Shown here in pieces: positions 62,037-64,000 of a stretch of 64,000 nt of DNA. This DNA is from Longimicrobiales bacterium (GTDB taxonomy: Bacteria > Gemmatimonadota > Gemmatimonadetes > Longimicrobiales > Gaopeijiaceae): positions 480,001 to 544,000 of the forward strand of contig CBDCKN010000013.1 in NCBI GenBank assembly GCA_965218295.1, read 5' to 3'. The notes beneath the pieces were generated by a model, which was not told where the DNA came from, searched no databases, and worked only from the letters and a program-made list of their open reading frames with translations. Numbering within the stretch: the stretch's first letter is position 1; each line of letters starts with the position of its first letter. The position numbers and the translations under genes were made by a program.

Positions 62037-63073
62037 CTAGGCTCGTCGCGCGTAGCGGGCCTTGCAGAAGCCTAGGAAGGCTGCATCCGGACTCTTCAGG
62101 GTGGGGCCTCCAGACTGACGCCAGAATTCCTTCCAGTCGCCTTCCCAGGTGTAGACATCCTCACCCATCGTGTAGCGTTTCGCGCGCTCGTACGTGTCCA
62201 ACGAAGCGGAAGGGCGGTGGGTCGTCCTGGCGGTGGCTCTCCCACCACGCACCTCGGTTGCGAAACACCACCTGGTCAGATTCTTCGTCGAACTCGATTG
62301 TGTAGTCCGGCAGATGGTTGCTTTCTGCCAACTGCTTGGTGAAGAAGCGAAATTTCTTCAGCGGGCTCCGTGCGCCCATCTTTTTACGGAGGAGCTCAAG
62401 GCCGATGCGCCAGTCGGCCTTTCGGCCGCAATGCTTCCGGGCAATCTCATAGACACGGCGCTCGTACGGCCTTCCGAGGCGGAAGTAGTCTCGGTTGAGG
62501 GTTAGAACCTCGCCTGCACGAATCGCACGGAACACCCAATCAGATAGGGTGACCTCGACCCACAGCAAGCGGCCATCCAGACCTTTTTTCCGGCGTACCG
62601 AGGAAGCATCAATGAGCCCAAACGTATCGATTTGCTCCTCATCACCCGTGCGGATGTTCGTGCTGATGGTGGTTCCTCGTAGCCGCTCGAGAGCGGATAT
62701 GAACGCCTTATAGTCCTTCCCTCCGGTGTCCCGGTTGCAGAAAATCAGAAAGTCGCGTGTGTTGATCCGTACCCGCGGGCTGACGGGCTGGCCATCGTTG
62801 AGTTTCGCCATGACCTGTGATATGGCGAAGATCAGGATATCCTTGTCGTAGATCGTTGCTAGGCCCTTCACACTCGGCGTGATCTCCAACCAGTGTTCGC
62901 CGTGCTCGTAGCGGCTAACGGACGTTACAGGCTTCTTGGAGAGGGAGTAAAGGGGATGCTCCATCTGCTGCGTGACGTCCTTCAGGACGGCGTCAGCGAC
63001 ATCGCAGATGAACAGGTCCGGCTGCGGATGTCTGACCGGTAGGAGGTTCGAGTTCGGGGTTTCAGGAAACCAT
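62037..63073 (-). pseudogene. repA: RPA-family RepA, copy 2 (frameshifts just after the ATG and near 62205)
   Basis: Close paralog of 21166-22210; C-terminus SPDAAFLGFCK. Confidence 0.88.
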
Positions 63074-63360
63074 GAGTTCCAAGGTTCGGGGTTTCAGGAA
63101 CTGCCGTCAAGAAGGTTGAAGGGTTTCAGGAACCACGCGGACTGTGGAAAACTCCCCTGCCTACCCACTCCAAGGTTCGGGGTTTCAGGAACCAAGGCTC
63201 GGGGTTTCAGGAACCGGCTTCCCCACTAACTCGTTCACCTACAAGGTGTTACTAGTTACCGAAGCGCTTGTAACACATTACTTTAACTCTTATTAACACA
63301 CGTGGTCGCCTACCCTCCGTTCGCTCCGCTCACTACGCCCCACGCCTAACGGCGTGGCCT
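63050..63360. promoter_or_regulatory. Iteron origin region of repA copy 2
   Basis: Five GGGTTTCAGGAA repeats (about 63056, 63087, 63121, 63179, 63201) and an AT-rich tract. Confidence 0.78.
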
Positions 63361-63628
63361 AAAACAGGAGTAGCCACGCGATTTCCGAACGGACGGGGGT
63401 GAATCCGACGGGCCACCCGTCACCGAGAAATCGCCGTAGCCGGCTTCCTGGATGCGCTCGACGGCCGGACATAGCCGGACATAGGTCGAGAAAAGAGGGG
63501 GAATCGATCAAGATCGGCGACCACCGCGGACCGCTGATCGTTCCCGAGGAAGCGACCACGGCGATCCACACCAACTAGCCTATTTTTCTCATTTCGGAAA
63601 TCCGGCGATTGACCGGTAGCATGTTCGA

Positions 63629-64000
63629 TCACATATCCGGTGCGATCGTCTCGCCGTTCCAGTTCTCAGGGACCGGCTGGTACTCGGTAAACGGGTAGGT
63701 GCGCTGGTGCAGTGGACGTCCGCCATCCCGGAGAGACATGGCAGCAGGAGTGATGCAGCATTCGATGAAGTCCCAGATAGCGTCTACACGCATACCGAAA
63801 TTCAGGCTACCCACGCCAATACGCACGAGATCTTCATCGGTATCGGCTACCCTGGCTTCTATGCTCCCAAAGTGAACGGCGATTACCCATCCATATTGGT
63901 CGAACACCGGGCTGCCGCTAGTGCCTCCCGTGGCATTGAAGTTGTATTGCACCTCGACATATTCGGCGTCCCCTGACCCTTGGATCCTGAGGGCGCTGAT
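63629..64000 (-). CDS. Trypsin-like protease paralog, C-terminal part (runs off the window)
   Basis: Near-identical to the C-terminus of 22764-23804. Confidence 0.88.
   Translation of the reverse strand: MSALRIQGSGDAEYVEVQYNFNATGGTSGSPVFDQYGWVIAVHFGSIEARVADTDEDLVRIGVGSLNFGMRVDAIWDFIECCITPAAMSLRDGGRPLHQRTYPFTEYQPVPENWNGETIAPDM

Overview
A GC-rich, heavily rearranged accessory region with no core housekeeping genes, rRNA, tRNA or CRISPR array. It reads as a mosaic of decayed plasmid, phage and integrative-element pieces. Contents: (1) many IS elements (IS3-type, IS256, IS481) and a group IIC intron 5' fragment. (2) An ~11 kb integrative-mobilizable-like unit (2857-13894) with a tyrosine integrase, a ColE1-type oriT/mob region and a Fur-boxed chelatase-lipoprotein/HmuY/TonB-receptor operon. 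(3) Replicon remnants: two damaged RPA-family repA copies with iterons, two identical parA/RHH modules, and an unannotated gene family followed by a 22-bp iteron-like array. (4) Large repeat-rich surface lipoproteins, one inside a 6.2 kb duplication. (5) Three type II TA pairs. (6) Fragments of phage-type polyvalent proteins. The most striking observation concerns those polyvalent proteins. Their toxin-like domains (a RelA/SpoT synthetase and zeta-like kinase C-termini) each sit beside a small RBS-equipped ORF hidden in an alternative frame or on the antisense strand of the apparent linker. This suggests swappable toxin cassettes with nested immunity genes. Homopolymer frameshifts and abrupt junctions mean sequencing or assembly artefacts cannot be excluded. 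All family assignments come from motif recognition, not database searches.
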